DNA from: the human T2T-CHM13v2.0 reference genome, Homo sapiens
Assembly (NCBI RefSeq): GCF_009914755.1
Contig: NC_060932.1
DNA length: 64,000 nucleotides
Direction: 5' to 3' (one strand)
Shown here: positions 63,950-64,000 of the stretch, piece by piece
Layout: the number at the start of each line of letters is the position of its first letter
Position numbering within the stretch: the first letter of the stretch is position 1
The notes under the pieces: generated by a model
Database searches by the model: none
Told to the model about the DNA's origin: nothing
Seen by the model: the letters and a program-made list of their open reading frames with translations, nothing else
Position numbers and translations under genes: made by a program

Positions 63950-64000
63950 ATTTTGTTTGTTTGTTTTTTGAGACAGGGTCTGCTTTGTTGTCCAAGCTGG
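63950..64000 (-). mobile_element. Alu 3' end, runs off window
   Basis: T-rich tail then GAGACAGGGTC. Confidence 0.8.

Overview
This is repeat-dense hominoid (human or great ape) non-coding DNA; an SVA, AluY and an L1PA element fix the lineage. I find no supportable protein-coding exon or RNA gene. The longer ORFs in the track are decayed L1 ORF1/ORF2, Tigger1 transposase, THE1-internal or SVA/Alu read-throughs. Content: dozens of Alus, several L1s (a ~4.9 kb L1PA at 55.5-60.3 kb), a near full-length SVA, a complete THE1 provirus, many solo LTRs, MER1B, Tigger1, Tigger2a and MIR/L2. The most unusual structure is at 0.6-5.5 kb: an old ~2 kb inverted duplication whose junctions read as a fossil multi-step template-switching event, including an inverted copy of the spacer Alu pasted into one arm. 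Other oddities are a ~225 bp duplication flanking an Alu like a giant target-site duplication (TSD), several small templated-insertion scars, a THE1 provirus with discordant LTRs, and two ERV1 LTRs inserted head-to-head 12 bp apart. Subfamily names come from recalled consensus sequences, and identities and most boundaries are by-eye estimates. I see no evidence of a new gene system.
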